From: Paraphysomonas bandaiensis
Lineage: Eukaryota > Protista > Chrysophyceae
Direction of reading: 5' to 3'
DNA length: 64,000 nucleotides
Assembly: GCA_965644295.1 (NCBI GenBank)
Contig: CBFFRP010000035.1
Span: 62,001 to 126,000 of the forward strand
The notes beneath the pieces were generated by a model. That model did not search any database, was not told the DNA's origin, and was given only the letters and a program-made list of their open reading frames with translations. Within the stretch, counting starts at the first letter, position 1, and every line of letters starts with the position of its first letter. A program made the translations under genes and the position numbers. Positions 38,444 to 50,852 of this stretch are shown piece after piece.

Positions 38444-38612
38444 TTATTATTACGTCATTATATGGAAAGGGGTCGAATTAATATATATCTCCTAAATATC
38501 AACGATATATAGATATCACTACTATTCCACGATATACAACCAATAGGCCTAAACATTAAAACATAATCGGGAAGTGACTTCCACAGGGCGACCGGTAATA
38601 TACTTCACATAG

Positions 38613-39872
38613 TCAATTCGATTCTGTCGTCCTTGGGAATATAAACGACATAATAGTACTGGTACTTGCACGTGAAGACGTAACAGACTCTATTTCGTTT
38701 TCCCTGTCACTAGTTTTTGAACCAGTGTTATGTATGTCCTGCAACATAAGCGACCGCCTAAGCTCCTGTGCAAATTCACTGTTCCGTTCCAACTCTACAT
38801 CCACTAGGTCGCCACTAATTTGACTGAGACGATTCATGATCTGGAAGCAGTCGTCATCGCAATCATCTTCGAGCGTATATCTCTGCTGAAGTATTTTAAG
38901 GGCAGATGAAGACAGGCCTGATACATCGTAGTCTCCACTGGTAGAAAAAACAGAGGAGTCGACACTGTGAAGTTGGCTCACCACGGGGAAACTATGGTCA
39001 GGAAATGACATCGAAGCTCTACCTATTAACTTAGATGGCCAACCCATGGTAAACAAAAAGCCAAATGCAGGCAGACTAATTGGAACAAGCTCAAACAACA
39101 CCCACCACAACACATCATGGGAAGAAATAACATGAGGAGGTTCGTATTCAGAGGGTGAAACATGCCGTCTCCATAAAATCAATGCTACAATTTTCAAAGA
39201 AAACGAAAGAATTGATATGCCTACAAGTACGAGGAGTTTGAACGACACTCTCATTAAGGTTTCGCTGTTCTCTACTAGTGCTGTCCGCATGACTCCTCCA
39301 GACCGGCCTGGAACTTTGCCACAGTAATTACTCAATCGGGAACGAAGATTACTCCCGAAGTGAGCTACATACATACCCATAAATACATTTTTCAATGCAT
39401 CAACACCAGCAAAGAGGGCATGTGGGTTGCTGTCGAAGTATCCATCAAGGCTTGCAGACGACAAACAAAAGTAGATCATAACGAAATCAAATATAATGAA
39501 GAGGGTATTCGCAATGACCAGCGATGTTCTAAGAGACTGACGAAACTTTGCTTCAAACAGAACCTCCAAATTTTTGGCCCTGAGAACATCTCCCCATGCA
39601 AAGCACACCACAGAGAAAGTATTAAAATAGAGTATAGATGTAATCATGTGGCAGCTGTAGACGATAAGACCGCTGAAGCTCCTCGATATAGTGAGCTGAA
39701 AGTATAGAGGCAACTCCAATACAGAGAACATACATAGCAGCAGAAATATCCGCTTAGTGTATCGGTTACATGCTCGTAACCAACACGACACGCTGAGTGA
39801 GAGTATCGTCAACATGACCATAATACCAATCAGACCAATGTGAAAACATGCTCTAGAGGGTATGGACGGCAT
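38613..39872 (-). CDS. Multi-pass (~7 TM) membrane protein, THH1/TOM1/GPR137-like
   Basis: Seven hydrophobic segments, FS.V.F.W motif in TM4, ELVP in the last TM, Ser-rich C-tail. Confidence 0.6.
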   Translation of the reverse strand: MPSIPSRACFHIGLIGIMVMLTILSLSVSCWLRACNRYTKRIFLLLCMFSVLELPLYFQLTISRSFSGLIVYSCHMITSILYFNTFSVVCFAWGDVLRAKNLEVLFEAKFRQSLRTSLVIANTLFIIFDFVMIYFCLSSASLDGYFDSNPHALFAGVDALKNVFMGMYVAHFGSNLRSRLSNYCGKVPGRSGGVMRTALVENSETLMRVSFKLLVLVGISILSFSLKIVALILWRRHVSPSEYEPPHVISSHDVLWWVLFELVPISLPAFGFLFTMGWPSKLIGRASMSFPDHSFPVVSQLHSVDSSVFSTSGDYDVSGLSSSALKILQQRYTLEDDCDDDCFQIMNRLSQISGDLVDVELERNSEFAQELRRSLMLQDIHNTGSKTSDRENEIESVTSSRASTSTIMSFIFPRTTESN

Positions 39873-40362
39873 GATTGTGGTTTATGTTTCTCCTATCTAA
39901 CTATAGAGTTACTATGCACGACACTGTGCGGCATCGTCTCGTCCTCCCGTTAAGAGAGCAGCAGTTGAGCACATGGGATGCATGTGACAGCAGACATCAA
40001 CATACACACATACCGCCCGCATACACTCACACCTACCTGTACTGGTGTACTGGTGTACTGGTACTTGTCCACAGCTCATATACAGAAGTATATTGTACTG
40101 ATACACACGGACGCCCCTACAGCAGTACTCTAGGAATACTCTCCATCATATCACATGGACGCTTCTTGAACTACGAGCAGGCAGGGTGGATACGTACAGA
40201 GGCAGGAATACACTTGCTTGTACCGCAGCGCGGTCCAGCTCCGGGCCGATGCAGGACGAGACCAGGAGTGTCCTGCAGTTGGCCAAGAGGGAGGCACAGT
40301 CAGCAACACGTCACAACATAAATCACAATTACAGAACTTGCTGTCATCTAAAACTACTTACA

Positions 40363-40828
40363 ATGGAGTTTGCACAGAAGCTAGGACGAAAGGCTAAGAT
40401 CCAGATGTTGAAGTCTGAGAAAGACGAGCTGAAGTCAAAGTACGAGGAACTTAAGCACCAGCATGAAGTATACATGGCTCTCAAGGGCGACAGAACGGAC
40501 ATTCAAAATATTATTGCAGCCAATACAGCCTCCATTACCCTGTATGAGAGTAAGATCAATAATCCTATGCCATCGGCCCCCACAGAACAGCAAAACTACA
40601 ATGCTCAGGTGTTAAATACGATCAAGCGCTGCAACGAGGACCTGGCCAATATCTTGGCAAGTATATCACGTGACTCTGGAGAGATAACTGAGGAGATCTT
40701 TGCAAAGGTGTGTGTGCCTACAATTATAACTTAATTAATAATAATTTTCTATGCAGGAAACAGAAGATTTTCACAAACGCAAAGATAAAATCAAAGCTAA
40801 AATTGACAATCTCAAGGACAAAAATTAA
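40363..40828 (+). CDS. Small coiled-coil protein of unknown function (2 exons)
   Basis: ATG at 40363, intron 40708-40756 (GT..CAG), stop TAA at 40826-40828; K/E-rich helical sequence. Confidence 0.6.
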
Positions 40829-41798
40829 GATTAAAAGTGTTAGAAGCTAATTCAATTCGAAGAAACAGATCATTTTGTATCAGATTATGCTCTTATAACA
40901 CTGTCTACATCATCTTTAGTTATGTTGTTGTAACGCTGCACTCAATGAAAGGCATTATGTATATGTGGTCTTTATTTATAACATACTAAAACACCTTAGA
41001 GTATATTATCACAATGTATCGGCCAAAATAATAGTGCATTTGTAGTACAGAGGTAGATTATTAATCAACAGTTGTCGCGAAATAGAGAATAAGAGTTATA
41101 CTTATAGTAGTAGTTACACTTTTTACAGGTAGAAGTCTCTCCAGATTGACTAGTTTTCATCTAGCTACTTATCATTAATCAACAGAGAGAGGTAATTGAT
41201 CCACTATTCTACGAAATAGAGACGAAATTAGTAATAGAGTTAATGCGGATTAGATTGCTGTAATTGTTATTCCAGTTGAAATACAATAGGAAAGGAAAAA
41301 TTGTACTGCGAAAATATTCCTAGTCAGCATAATGTCAAAACTATTGCAGTTTTATGTAGTATGATTCATATACCTAATATGCAAAGTCAAACTCAAAGTC
41401 AAAATAATCTCAAGTCTCAAGGATGAGTAATTAAGTTAGGGCTTCGGTTTAGTTGGGTCATGTAAATCTGACGTAAAGGCTGTACAAATTGGTAAATTTT
41501 TAATCTCTATAATAATTATTCATAAGCCTTTAAAAAGTACTGTATGAAAATAGCACTGTATGTTACAACTGCCCCATTCTGAGAGCTGAGAGCGTACCCT
41601 AGTGAAGTGCAAGTGTTGACTAGGCTAAGTAACGTATAGATTGTCACACTAACCTATAGAATCTGCGCGTGATCTATACGGTCAACTACGTTGGTACAGG
41701 TAGACGGGCGGTAGAATCAGTGCTATATCTCGGCGTTATAGGTGGTATACCAGTCAGTCTACACTATGACCACGCCCTCGGAATGGGGCAGCAACTAT

Positions 41799-41853
41799 TC
41801 CCTCAACAAAGTCGGACTCCAACTTCTCGTGGTGTTGTGGGGGATAAGGTCTT
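41799..41853 (+). mobile_element. 5'-end fragment of the Helitron-like repeat family
   Basis: TCCCTCAACAAAGTCGGACTC..CGTGGTGTT matches 44178-44225 and the reverse complement of 9365-9412. Confidence 0.6.
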
Positions 41854-42351
41854 ATGATTCAATTCATACCCATATTTCCACTTGAGTTGATCCGGTTCTC
41901 ACGTTGACATTCCATGCAACTAGATGCAATAGCAGCATCGGTGCACGCTATACACACACCGTCTCCTTCTTTGTAGACAATTGTGAAAATATGAATATAT
42001 CGTCATTGACAGGTCACTGGATGCGATGTGGTACTGTAGGCGTATTCAGGTGTGGTGATGTTTGATTCAATGGACCCACTCAGCCTCCTCTATGTAAGCG
42101 ATACACCATATACGAGACTGCTGCCGATACAGCAGCAGATGCGATAGATACTAGATACAAGCCCTACACTGTACTGTGTACGTATACGGTGATACGTGCA
42201 GATTAAGCATGCCGTATATACAGTACTGTATATGCTGTATATGCTGTATTCTATATGATGGTGTCTCAGAGAACAGCTCCAGCAGTGTGCGTAGAGTGGA
42301 TCGACAGGCATCTTATTAGTGGCGCCCTGTAGCCATACCGCAGTAGCTATC

Positions 42352-43274
42352 ATGGAAGATTATATGTCTGATAAATTTCTGATCGAAGTCGACCCCCCGA
42401 AGTCTCGAATTCGATCAAGAAAGCGGTCATCTGAAGATAAGACACCCCAACAGCTGAGCAAGAGAAAAATAGAAGAGATCATGGACTCTAAGAGGGAGTG
42501 TGGGCTGGACAACGCTTTGGACTCTAAGAACAGGGGATTCAAGTTGCTTCAGAAGTTTGGGTATGAATCTGGCGGGCTGGGCAAGGATGGGGGGGGAATT
42601 GAAGAGCCTCTTCGAGTGGAGAAGCGTGAGAAAACAGACAGGTAGCGTTGAGTTGTTATGTGTGATTGCCTAAAAGTTTCTCAGAAATGGACTGGGACGA
42701 GAAGTGGCACGAGTGCATAGGCGCATGCAAGAGCAGAGAGAATCGTATGAAGCCTCACTTGCGGATCTTCAGGCTGGATTCATTGCCTCTCAACGACACA
42801 AGCAACAGTGCAAAGAGATGCTCTCTGATATTCGTCGCTGTGAAAATGTGATATACGAACTAGACTGCAGACAGGGAATAAAGTCTCATAATTTATGGCC
42901 AGAAGTAGAAAGAGAAAACCTAGAGACAGAGCTAACAGAACCAGTAGAAGACCATTCAAGGTCACCACACTCCATGGCATACTTCCTGATGTTTATATGT
43001 ATTACTATCAGGCAAGCATGTGCATTGGATAATGCAGATGAGTTTATGGCAGCTTTGTCAAGGCTAGAGTTATGTATAACGGTAAATTCCAATATCTGTT
43101 TATTGTGGACATTTGTAAATGCGATGCGAGATAAAGGTGTATGATTACTAACATTATATTTCGGCGCAGTATCTCCGCTCCACATACAAGTACTGCATAT
43201 ATTGTGGGTGTGACTTCGATACATGGGAAGATATGGACAATAGTTGTCCAGGACCACTGCGGAATGATCACTAG
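42352..43274 (+). CDS. GPATCH11: G-patch domain-containing protein 11-like (G-patch + C-terminal DUF4187 Cys motif), multi-exon
   Basis: MEDYMSDKFL start; G-patch NRGFKLLQKFGY..GGLGK.G.GI.EP; last exon YLRSTYKYCIYCGCDF...CPG....H*. Confidence 0.85.
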
Positions 43275-44177
43275 ATACTTCTGAAAAGAGTGAAGTCGAT
43301 TTCAGTGATGTTTGTAACGTTTAATTCTATCAGATGTACAATTTGAAACAATGCTTGTGAAATATTTTGTTCTTACACAATTTTCCGTGTAATTTTTATA
43401 GACGCTGGTACTTCTAATTATATATAATGAGTCGTTACGGTGGATAAATACTCATGCACGGGCCTTTGCTAGTATGGAACTAAGTAGTGTGGTCAAGACA
43501 GATTGAAAACTTCAATTGTGTTGTGCATTAGCGACACATTGTATTATTTGAAAATAGATGATGTCTATGGGACCCTATTGAGGGTGTAGAACCTTGGAAT
43601 GTTTCGCAACACTTTTGAATATACATGGGGTAGCACTCCGATCAATGTATTAATATGTGCAATTATTATGCATCAGGTTGTAGAATATTTAAGGTGGAAA
43701 GATATATATTGAATCTTTAAAGCAAATAGGGGATTTACAACTAGATATTACTACTTAAAAAATAGTGGCTATGCGTACGATATATTCCTTGATAGTTACA
43801 GATTTCAGAACAAGACCACAAAAATGGAGCAGTTGCACGGAAGGCATCGTGAAGTAACTTGGGTCAGAAGTGCTGGTGAGTAGCGATGTAGGCGATAGCT
43901 ATCGGTAAACAGTAAGTGCTTTTATAACTGGTATGTATGTGCAGCTGAATTTTAATGTTTACATACAACCATACACTACAGTCGTACATAATCTAATTGA
44001 ATTATCATGCCATCAACTAATATAATGATCATGGTAATGATCTATGTATGTAATAAATGCATCAAAACGGTGTGTCACCATTCACTTAGATATATTATAT
44101 ATTATTCCTTTGAATAATTTTTCTTTGAATATATTATTCCTGTTCCTATTCCTGTTGTTGTATTTCTGTAGACTCTG

Positions 44178-44604
44178 TTCCTCAACAAAGTCGGGCTCGC
44201 ACCTTTTTCTGGTGTTCAGGGAGGAAAGTACCGGAGACATTTTCCGGGAAACTAACGTGAGCCGCATATATAGTCAGCGGATAATATTCTGCCCACTCAT
44301 AGCCAAATTCTTGTGTGGTACAAGGGGAACCAATAAGTGCCACTTGTGTAGACGTCTTTGAGCCCTGACGAATAAACAGGAATCCGGGATAGGGTTCACC
44401 TCAAAAGCGTCCGAAGTATTGGGCTTCCTGCTGAAGTCAAGCATCCAGGCTGTTTACCTCAAGGACTAAAACAACTGAAGTCAGCACATGTCAGGTATAT
44501 CAACATTCTGCTTGTTCAATGCGTTTGGTTTGAGTGATAGAACGAAAGTGGTTGCACCTTGGTGCTTGCGGTGACGCGCAAGCATCTTTCGTAGCGTTAA
44601 CTAG
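44178..44604 (+). mobile_element. Helitron-like repeat copy D (best preserved ends)
   Basis: Hairpin TGCTTGCG-GTGACG-CGCAAGCA (44563-44584), then CTAG (44601-44604) followed by T; 5' TTCCTCAAC. Confidence 0.7.
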
Positions 44605-44967
44605 TACGATAATAATCAGAGTTAATCACTACTAGTTAGTTAGATTGTTTTGCTACATTAGTTCTTGCTCGTACACGCCTATTTCTAATAATCAGAAATT
44701 TACTACTCTGTAGATTCTGTATATTATTGCTACATAGAATGCAGGATAGCTACTGGCGAGAAACATCAACAAGCTACAAGTATATTCTTCAAAGTAGAGT
44801 GTAGTTAATACAGAACCTGCTATAACCAGTGTGTTTTCTAGCAGTACCGTTATTGCCACGATAAGCATGGAATTTATTTTAATCACAGCCTGGCCAAAAC
44901 GAACGGAACGTTTTTATTCTACGTGTATACTCCTTCTACCTTATCTACCAACGTGGACATGTTATAT

Positions 44968-45238
44968 TATTAGGATTCAGCTTAATACAAGATTGTATCT
45001 GTGAGTTATAATGTTCAATGAAATATGTCATAAACTGAATTAGAGAGAGTATCTGTTGAAGATACATGATCGCCATCATAACGATCGTCATTATCAGTTA
45101 CACTTCTAACTATTCCGTTGTGTATGATAAATATGTTTTGTATTGTTATTCATAATTCTCACTTTCCTGTGTTCATCACTTGACACTCTAATAATCACAA
45201 CATTGTTTTACTATTACTAATAAGATCAATTCTTTATT
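44968..45238 (+). mobile_element. Solo LTR of the copia family
   Basis: Diverged full-length LTR TATTAGGATTC...TCTTTATT, flanked by 5-bp TSD TATAT (44963-44967, 45239-45243). Confidence 0.93.
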
Positions 45239-45894
45239 TATATTCATGCTCATAATACAATATTCTATATTCATCGTTCTCCCTGTTGGCATCAATGTGC
45301 CTTTTGGTTCTGTCAGTGCTCAGATAGAGTAGAGCAGTGCATTATAACCCCATCTTATTAGTATCTCAAAATAGATGCGTCGGCGGGTGTGAGTGAATTA
45401 ATAGTTTTCTTGTTTTACCATAATATATTATTATTGTACTAGCCGGGCATTTTGTGTGCCAGACTAAAATGGTGGCAACGTTATAATAATTAATGTTTGG
45501 GCGGCTTGTTCACTGTACACAGGTAGGGTCCCAAGAGATACCCAGTATCTCGGTTTTAGACCTCTTCAACTGAACTTTATTCAAATACTATCATTCAAGA
45601 CAAGGGAAATATTCGGTGTTGCTGGGACAGAGCACCCTTGCATCGTTACAATGTTAAAATAGTATTATACCACCACAGTTTTGTGTGACATATGCGACTT
45701 CTACCGAGTCTCACTAACAACGGAAACGAATTTGACTCATTTAAGATTTAAGGGACGAAATCCATTGGTTGTAATTACATTTACAGCTGTTTTTCATTCT
45801 AACATCTGCCTCGTTACATAATGCATAGTTTGACAACATATATGATTTACTTTAACCTTTAACATAGTATTCCAAGTTTTAACCATGATCTATA

Positions 45895-48201
45895 TCACTT
45901 TGAATATTTACCACTTCCTTTCATCTTGCTTCTATTGCCAGCGTAATTCTCACGATGTGTATCCTTATTCTGCAAGTATTTAAACGTCTTGGGCATGCGT
46001 CGACCACGCTTTGGATTCACGGCACCAAGTTCATATTCCGCGGGAAATTGAGCTTGATATTCCTCTGGATGTTGGTCGCAGCCTAATTGTTCTTCAATGT
46101 CTGGTGAACTCTCTGCATTATAATATTCAGATGAATAATCATGACAATCTGATTGAGATGATTCAACATATTCTCTAACGTTATCATCATTATTGTGCCA
46201 TCCTTGCAATGGATGACTGCTATTCACATCCACCGTGTCAACACTACCGACTGACTGGTCCAGATCACAAGACCTATCAGCGTTAAGAACATGTCTCGAT
46301 GATTTTACATGCGTGTACACTCTCCACGCGACAGTCAACAGCATCACCGCTAAAAGACAAAACGAGGCTATCTCTCCATACGACAACTCTGATGCAGTTA
46401 TGTGAAAAGTCTCCATTGTGCTAACGGATTCAGATTTCCGGATAATTAAGAGCTGTATGGCATCATAAATATAAGCCGCTCCGGTGCCGATACTCTGATA
46501 GCTCTTAAAGCCGGTAAGAAAACCGCCGACAAGTGCTGTGCTGCCGTATATTGAAACTGATGAACCGAACATATCACCTGCGCCTCCATAACTATCATAT
46601 AGATCAGAGCTCTTCACCCACTCGTGCATAAATAATGGACCCTTATATACAGGGTATACGTCGGCATTAGATGTTGTATTGAAAGACAACAGCTCCGCTC
46701 TTCCGCGTACGTTGTTGGATGCGCAGATACCGACAAGTATATAACTTTCTGATACGGCAGTCCGGCAGCCATACATCTCACCCCCAGTACTTCCATAGGT
46801 CTTTGCTCCCAATGCCCAGAAGTTGCCGTCTTTATCAATGGCGTATTTATTAGTTCGTAACTGCCATACATTATGCCGGTGATCTTCTGGGCCACCCTGT
46901 AAACTTCGGCGTTCAGTTCGTGTGACAAACGACCCACTACCGACACTGCTGTCCAGTTGGATAGGGTTAATCCTACTTTTCGTCCGAACGTATTCATCAG
47001 AAACCCCTTCCAGCGCCACCCCACCATTGGGATGATCATCTGGGTGATCATCGGGGCGATCTTCATGGCCATCGGGATAATTTGGCGACCATGAGTAATA
47101 AACATCTGACTTGGGGAGAAGTGATAGTACAACGGCGGATCCTGTAGAATATCCTAGATCGCTATCGTATGGCGCTCCGGCAACTACAGTTAGAGTAGTG
47201 TCATTTATAACAGATACGCTGGAGCCGAATTTATCTCCAGAATAGTGCTCTAGATCATTCTGCACATGCAGGACTTCAACATATTCCCAGGCAGTATACG
47301 TGTGCGGTCTCGCTTGTGTCCTCCGTTGCTCGCCCTTTTCCACCTCAACGCCACCTTTCAGTGCTCTACGGTATTCACACCCACTTGGCATATTTTCGGG
47401 AGGGCCATCGTGAGGACACTCTCGTTCTATGGATTCCAAGTAAAACAAAAATACCGACTCCTGACCTGGAGCACCTACGACTAATGTATTTCGAAATCCC
47501 GATACGGACCATCCAAATTGCCCATATTCACGGACCTCAGATGGCTCCAGATAAGCAGCTTGGTACCATGTTCCTCCAGCGCTGGTAAATACAAACACTG
47601 ACCCAGATGAGGCCATATGAGGATCATGGCTGTGCCCATACGCACCTACTATAACTGCCTTTTTGGAGTACAAGGATGAGTCACTTACAATAGCAACACT
47701 GTACCCAAAGAAATCATTATCCGACGGATTGGACGGATAAATTTCATCAGAAAGTGTCAAGTGAGCTGCTGAAGAGGAATAATAAATATACACACGTCCT
47801 CCACTACTTTTAAGCTGACTATCTCTTGGCGCACCAACAGCAGCAGTCGAATCAACCAGACTTAAACTTTCACCAAAACCATCTTGTGGTATAAGGGAAG
47901 CAAGTTGTACCCCGGTATCTTTCCAATCCCTATTCTCACCTCTTTGAAATATGTATACGACTCCTTCACTGTTAACGTACCCTTCCTGCAGCACTCTCTT
48001 CGTTGCACTGACAATACACACATCATCCCATATAGAAACTGCATGACCGAACTGATCGCCTACTGCGAGCGTATCTTCCTCTGGAGTTAGAGGGATGGGA
48101 GGAGTGGAGTTACTTAGTCCTACATATTTCTCCACTACTTTAACATTCGAGCCAGTGCATCCTCCTATTCCAAGGAGCACTAGCGGCAACAGAGACAGCA
48201 T
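45895..48201 (-). CDS. FG-GAP repeat (integrin-alpha-like propeller) single-pass membrane protein
   Basis: Likely start MLSLLPLVLLG (48201); repeats DQFGHAVSI, FGESLSL..VGAP, FFGYSVAI..VGAY, FGWSVS..VGAP, FGSSVS..GAP; TM near aa 620. Confidence 0.85.
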   Translation of the reverse strand: MLSLLPLVLLGIGGCTGSNVKVVEKYVGLSNSTPPIPLTPEEDTLAVGDQFGHAVSIWDDVCIVSATKRVLQEGYVNSEGVVYIFQRGENRDWKDTGVQLASLIPQDGFGESLSLVDSTAAVGAPRDSQLKSSGGRVYIYYSSSAAHLTLSDEIYPSNPSDNDFFGYSVAIVSDSSLYSKKAVIVGAYGHSHDPHMASSGSVFVFTSAGGTWYQAAYLEPSEVREYGQFGWSVSGFRNTLVVGAPGQESVFLFYLESIERECPHDGPPENMPSGCEYRRALKGGVEVEKGEQRRTQARPHTYTAWEYVEVLHVQNDLEHYSGDKFGSSVSVINDTTLTVVAGAPYDSDLGYSTGSAVVLSLLPKSDVYYSWSPNYPDGHEDRPDDHPDDHPNGGVALEGVSDEYVRTKSRINPIQLDSSVGSGSFVTRTERRSLQGGPEDHRHNVWQLRTNKYAIDKDGNFWALGAKTYGSTGGEMYGCRTAVSESYILVGICASNNVRGRAELLSFNTTSNADVYPVYKGPLFMHEWVKSSDLYDSYGGAGDMFGSSVSIYGSTALVGGFLTGFKSYQSIGTGAAYIYDAIQLLIIRKSESVSTMETFHITASELSYGEIASFCLLAVMLLTVAWRVYTHVKSSRHVLNADRSCDLDQSVGSVDTVDVNSSHPLQGWHNNDDNVREYVESSQSDCHDYSSEYYNAESSPDIEEQLGCDQHPEEYQAQFPAEYELGAVNPKRGRRMPKTFKYLQNKDTHRENYAGNRSKMKGSGKYSK

Positions 48202-48979
48202 TGCTCTAACTACACGCCACACATATACAGTGTTATGCCCATGTGTGATTGAATGAGAGGATGTCACCTCACACGACCTGTTCAAGTGATGTGACTGGTA
48301 TTTGTGAGGAACAGATCCATGAACCCCCACACTCACTGTACATACCGCATACACCATACACAGACACACACATACAGGTACAGCAGTACTCTGCTATACT
48401 ATACACAGCACACCATATGCTGATATTCATATGAAAATTTCCAACATTGAGAATGGACACAAGAAATACGTCGTATACGTGTACTACATGCTGTATAACA
48501 CTTGGAGGAAAGTTCTTTGAAGCACAGTGGAGTGCTGCGGCTTCAAATAGAAGTGGAGCGAAGTGAATCTGCGATCCAATCAATGCACTCTCCGCTCACT
48601 GTGGGTGAGTATTCTACAGCTATGTTGGCATGAAGCCTGCTGTACAGCACCCACATGAGCTTCTCTGTCCAAGTGCACCGCTCAGGGGCCGCTATGTACA
48701 CGGCTGCTCCTAGCCGTGACCTCCTCTGCACACACATATATACATAGCTCATCGTTATATACTACACTTATAGAGAAATGGAAAACCCAATCAGATGGTG
48801 TACAAGATTGACTGCACATTTTCAGAGAGCAAGCAACTGTGTTGGGCCGGGGGGTGGGTTGATGGAGTGGGCCTATTAAACCCCCTGCAGTCAGACTCTT
48901 TCGTCCTGGTCTTCATTTTACAACGGCGAAGTTTCTATTTCCTACATATGACGAAGTAGTAAGTCTACGAGAACCTGAC

Positions 48980-49570
48980 CCAGATTACTAATACAAGTAT
49001 GTGTATCTCAATGACATGTGCATCGACATGGTGCACGGGTAGTTGCTGATATATTTTTATTGAAGGCTATCAGGAGAGGTAAAGTTGGTATATAGAACAG
49101 CTTATGCGCGTGATTCAGGACTTGGTTTAGGGGCCTGGATAATACGTAGAGGTTGTTTACGCTTGACAATATCCGGCTCTCTCGTTGTCTCTGCTTTAAT
49201 AGGCCGGTGTTAGGACTTTTTTCGTTAGCGACATTTAATTCAAACGAATCCCATGATCTAATTGTGAAGATGCTGACAGTTGTAAAGTATTCCGTGATAT
49301 AGCTGATAATCGTATATCCATTCTCTTATCGCGAAGCAATCATGAGTAGATAGAGTACGATGACAAGATATTAGTTTAGCGGGTGTGCTTGGGACTCCAA
49401 CGCGTACCGAAGGATCGAACACTGGATAGGGCAGTTAGCTCCATCATAGTATCCATATGGTCACTGAATTCAGAATTCTTGTAGTAACTGTAAATAGTTG
49501 TTGTTTCCACCAGAGAGGGTAGTTGTATGGCCCACTGGGTATCACCGTAATATGCGGAATTATCTTTCCC
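48980..49570 (-). pseudogene. Possible highly decayed copia RNase H relic
   Basis: YGDTQWA-x32-ALSS and a downstream HMSLRYTYL echo YCDSDWA-x31-ALSS and HIAIRYHFI; many stops. Confidence 0.3.
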
Positions 49571-50737
49571 TTTTTTACTACACATGTCTTCCTAAATTGT
49601 ATTTGTAGCAGTAAAGTTGCGCATTTATAAAGCGTGTCATTATACTATCCTCTTGCACTTTCTTCGAAATCATAAGAAACCTAAGTTGAATTCTATTTCA
49701 TATGGCTACTCTCTCTTGTTGCTTAGGCTCACCAAAGTATTTTATTTGTTATTCTTGATCACAAAATGGTAGTAGTTGGACTAATATTCATATACAACCC
49801 ATATCACTATGATTATAGCCATATTCATTGCACCGCTCACCGACACGTAAGCAATCATCAACAGCTACGTGTTCACTCCGACTAAAGTATTCCGACCGTA
49901 ATACAAATGACCATATTGATTTTGATTTTTACCAGATTCAGCTACAATATTATCTACACAGTACATATTTTGTACATATAGAATATTAAAATATTCACAC
50001 TGTATTTCCTTGATTATTTATAATCAATACGGCGACCTGCGATAAGTGGGTTCAGGTATAGCCATTTTCGTTCAAAGGTGCACTTTTCACGGCATCACAT
50101 ATGCCAACTCTAGTGGTTCACACTCTTTAGTCTCCACTTGTTGCGTATTTCATATTTAATGGAACATATCGTCACGACCCAACTGTCGACAATCAAGAGT
50201 TCGTAAAACGAAGGCATGTGGTATCGAATATATTCCTTTCCATCCTTTGTACGCATGGATAATACCTATCTATCCTTATATATCCTCATATATCCTTGTA
50301 TACATATAGGCGTATCTATTGAGTTGTTGCTATATTTCCAGGTTTTTTATTGGTATGAAGTGATTATATCGAATCATTAGCAGTAGGAGATAATTGATTC
50401 GTCGATATGAGTATACAAACAAGAACCACACACAACAGCAGCATAATCCACTGCTGCAGTGTGCTGTGTATCCATCACATGACAGCACCGCAGTGTAGAA
50501 TCGAATAGAAAACAGCTCTATTGACAGAATCACTTCAAACTATGGATGAACAGTGGTATAAATAGCACTATTTGCAACTATTTATCGTACAGTAGTTCAC
50601 ATAGCACTATTCATACTGGAGCCGTAAGAGAAACTACCGGCATATGATCACACGCACACATGTCGCATATTAAATTACTACAACATTCATAATTACATGT
50701 ATTGCTGCAGATCTGCGGGTGGCATTTCACAATGGCT

Positions 50738-50809
50738 GTGTATATACGCTTCCATGCGTTTTGGCAGGTGTGGCCGGTGTGTGCAGACACTACGAGTACA
50801 TCTATAATA
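50738..50809 (+). ncRNA. Candidate H/ACA-like pseudouridylation guide hairpin (one per unit)
   Basis: Lower stem GTGTA/TACAT; pocket strands TCC(A) and CTACGAG(T) fit 18S GCUCGUAG-U-U-GGA; ATAATA (ANANNA) lies 14 nt after the start of the 3' pocket strand; upper stem is imperfect. Confidence 0.4.
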
Positions 50810-50852
50810 GGGCAGGGTATGTATAACGTATATATGTGTGTATATGTGATGT

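Noticed and set aside
48202-48369. N-terminal extension of the 824-aa FG-GAP ORF
   Set aside because: Starts at a non-ATG codon in GT-rich promoter-like DNA; the signal peptide begins at ATG 48201.
50705-50740. A first H/ACA hairpin (TGCAG..CTGTG) forming a classical two-hairpin snoRNA ending at ACA 50798
   Set aside because: No ANANNA box follows it, and the pocket-to-ACA spacing (~10 nt) is too short.
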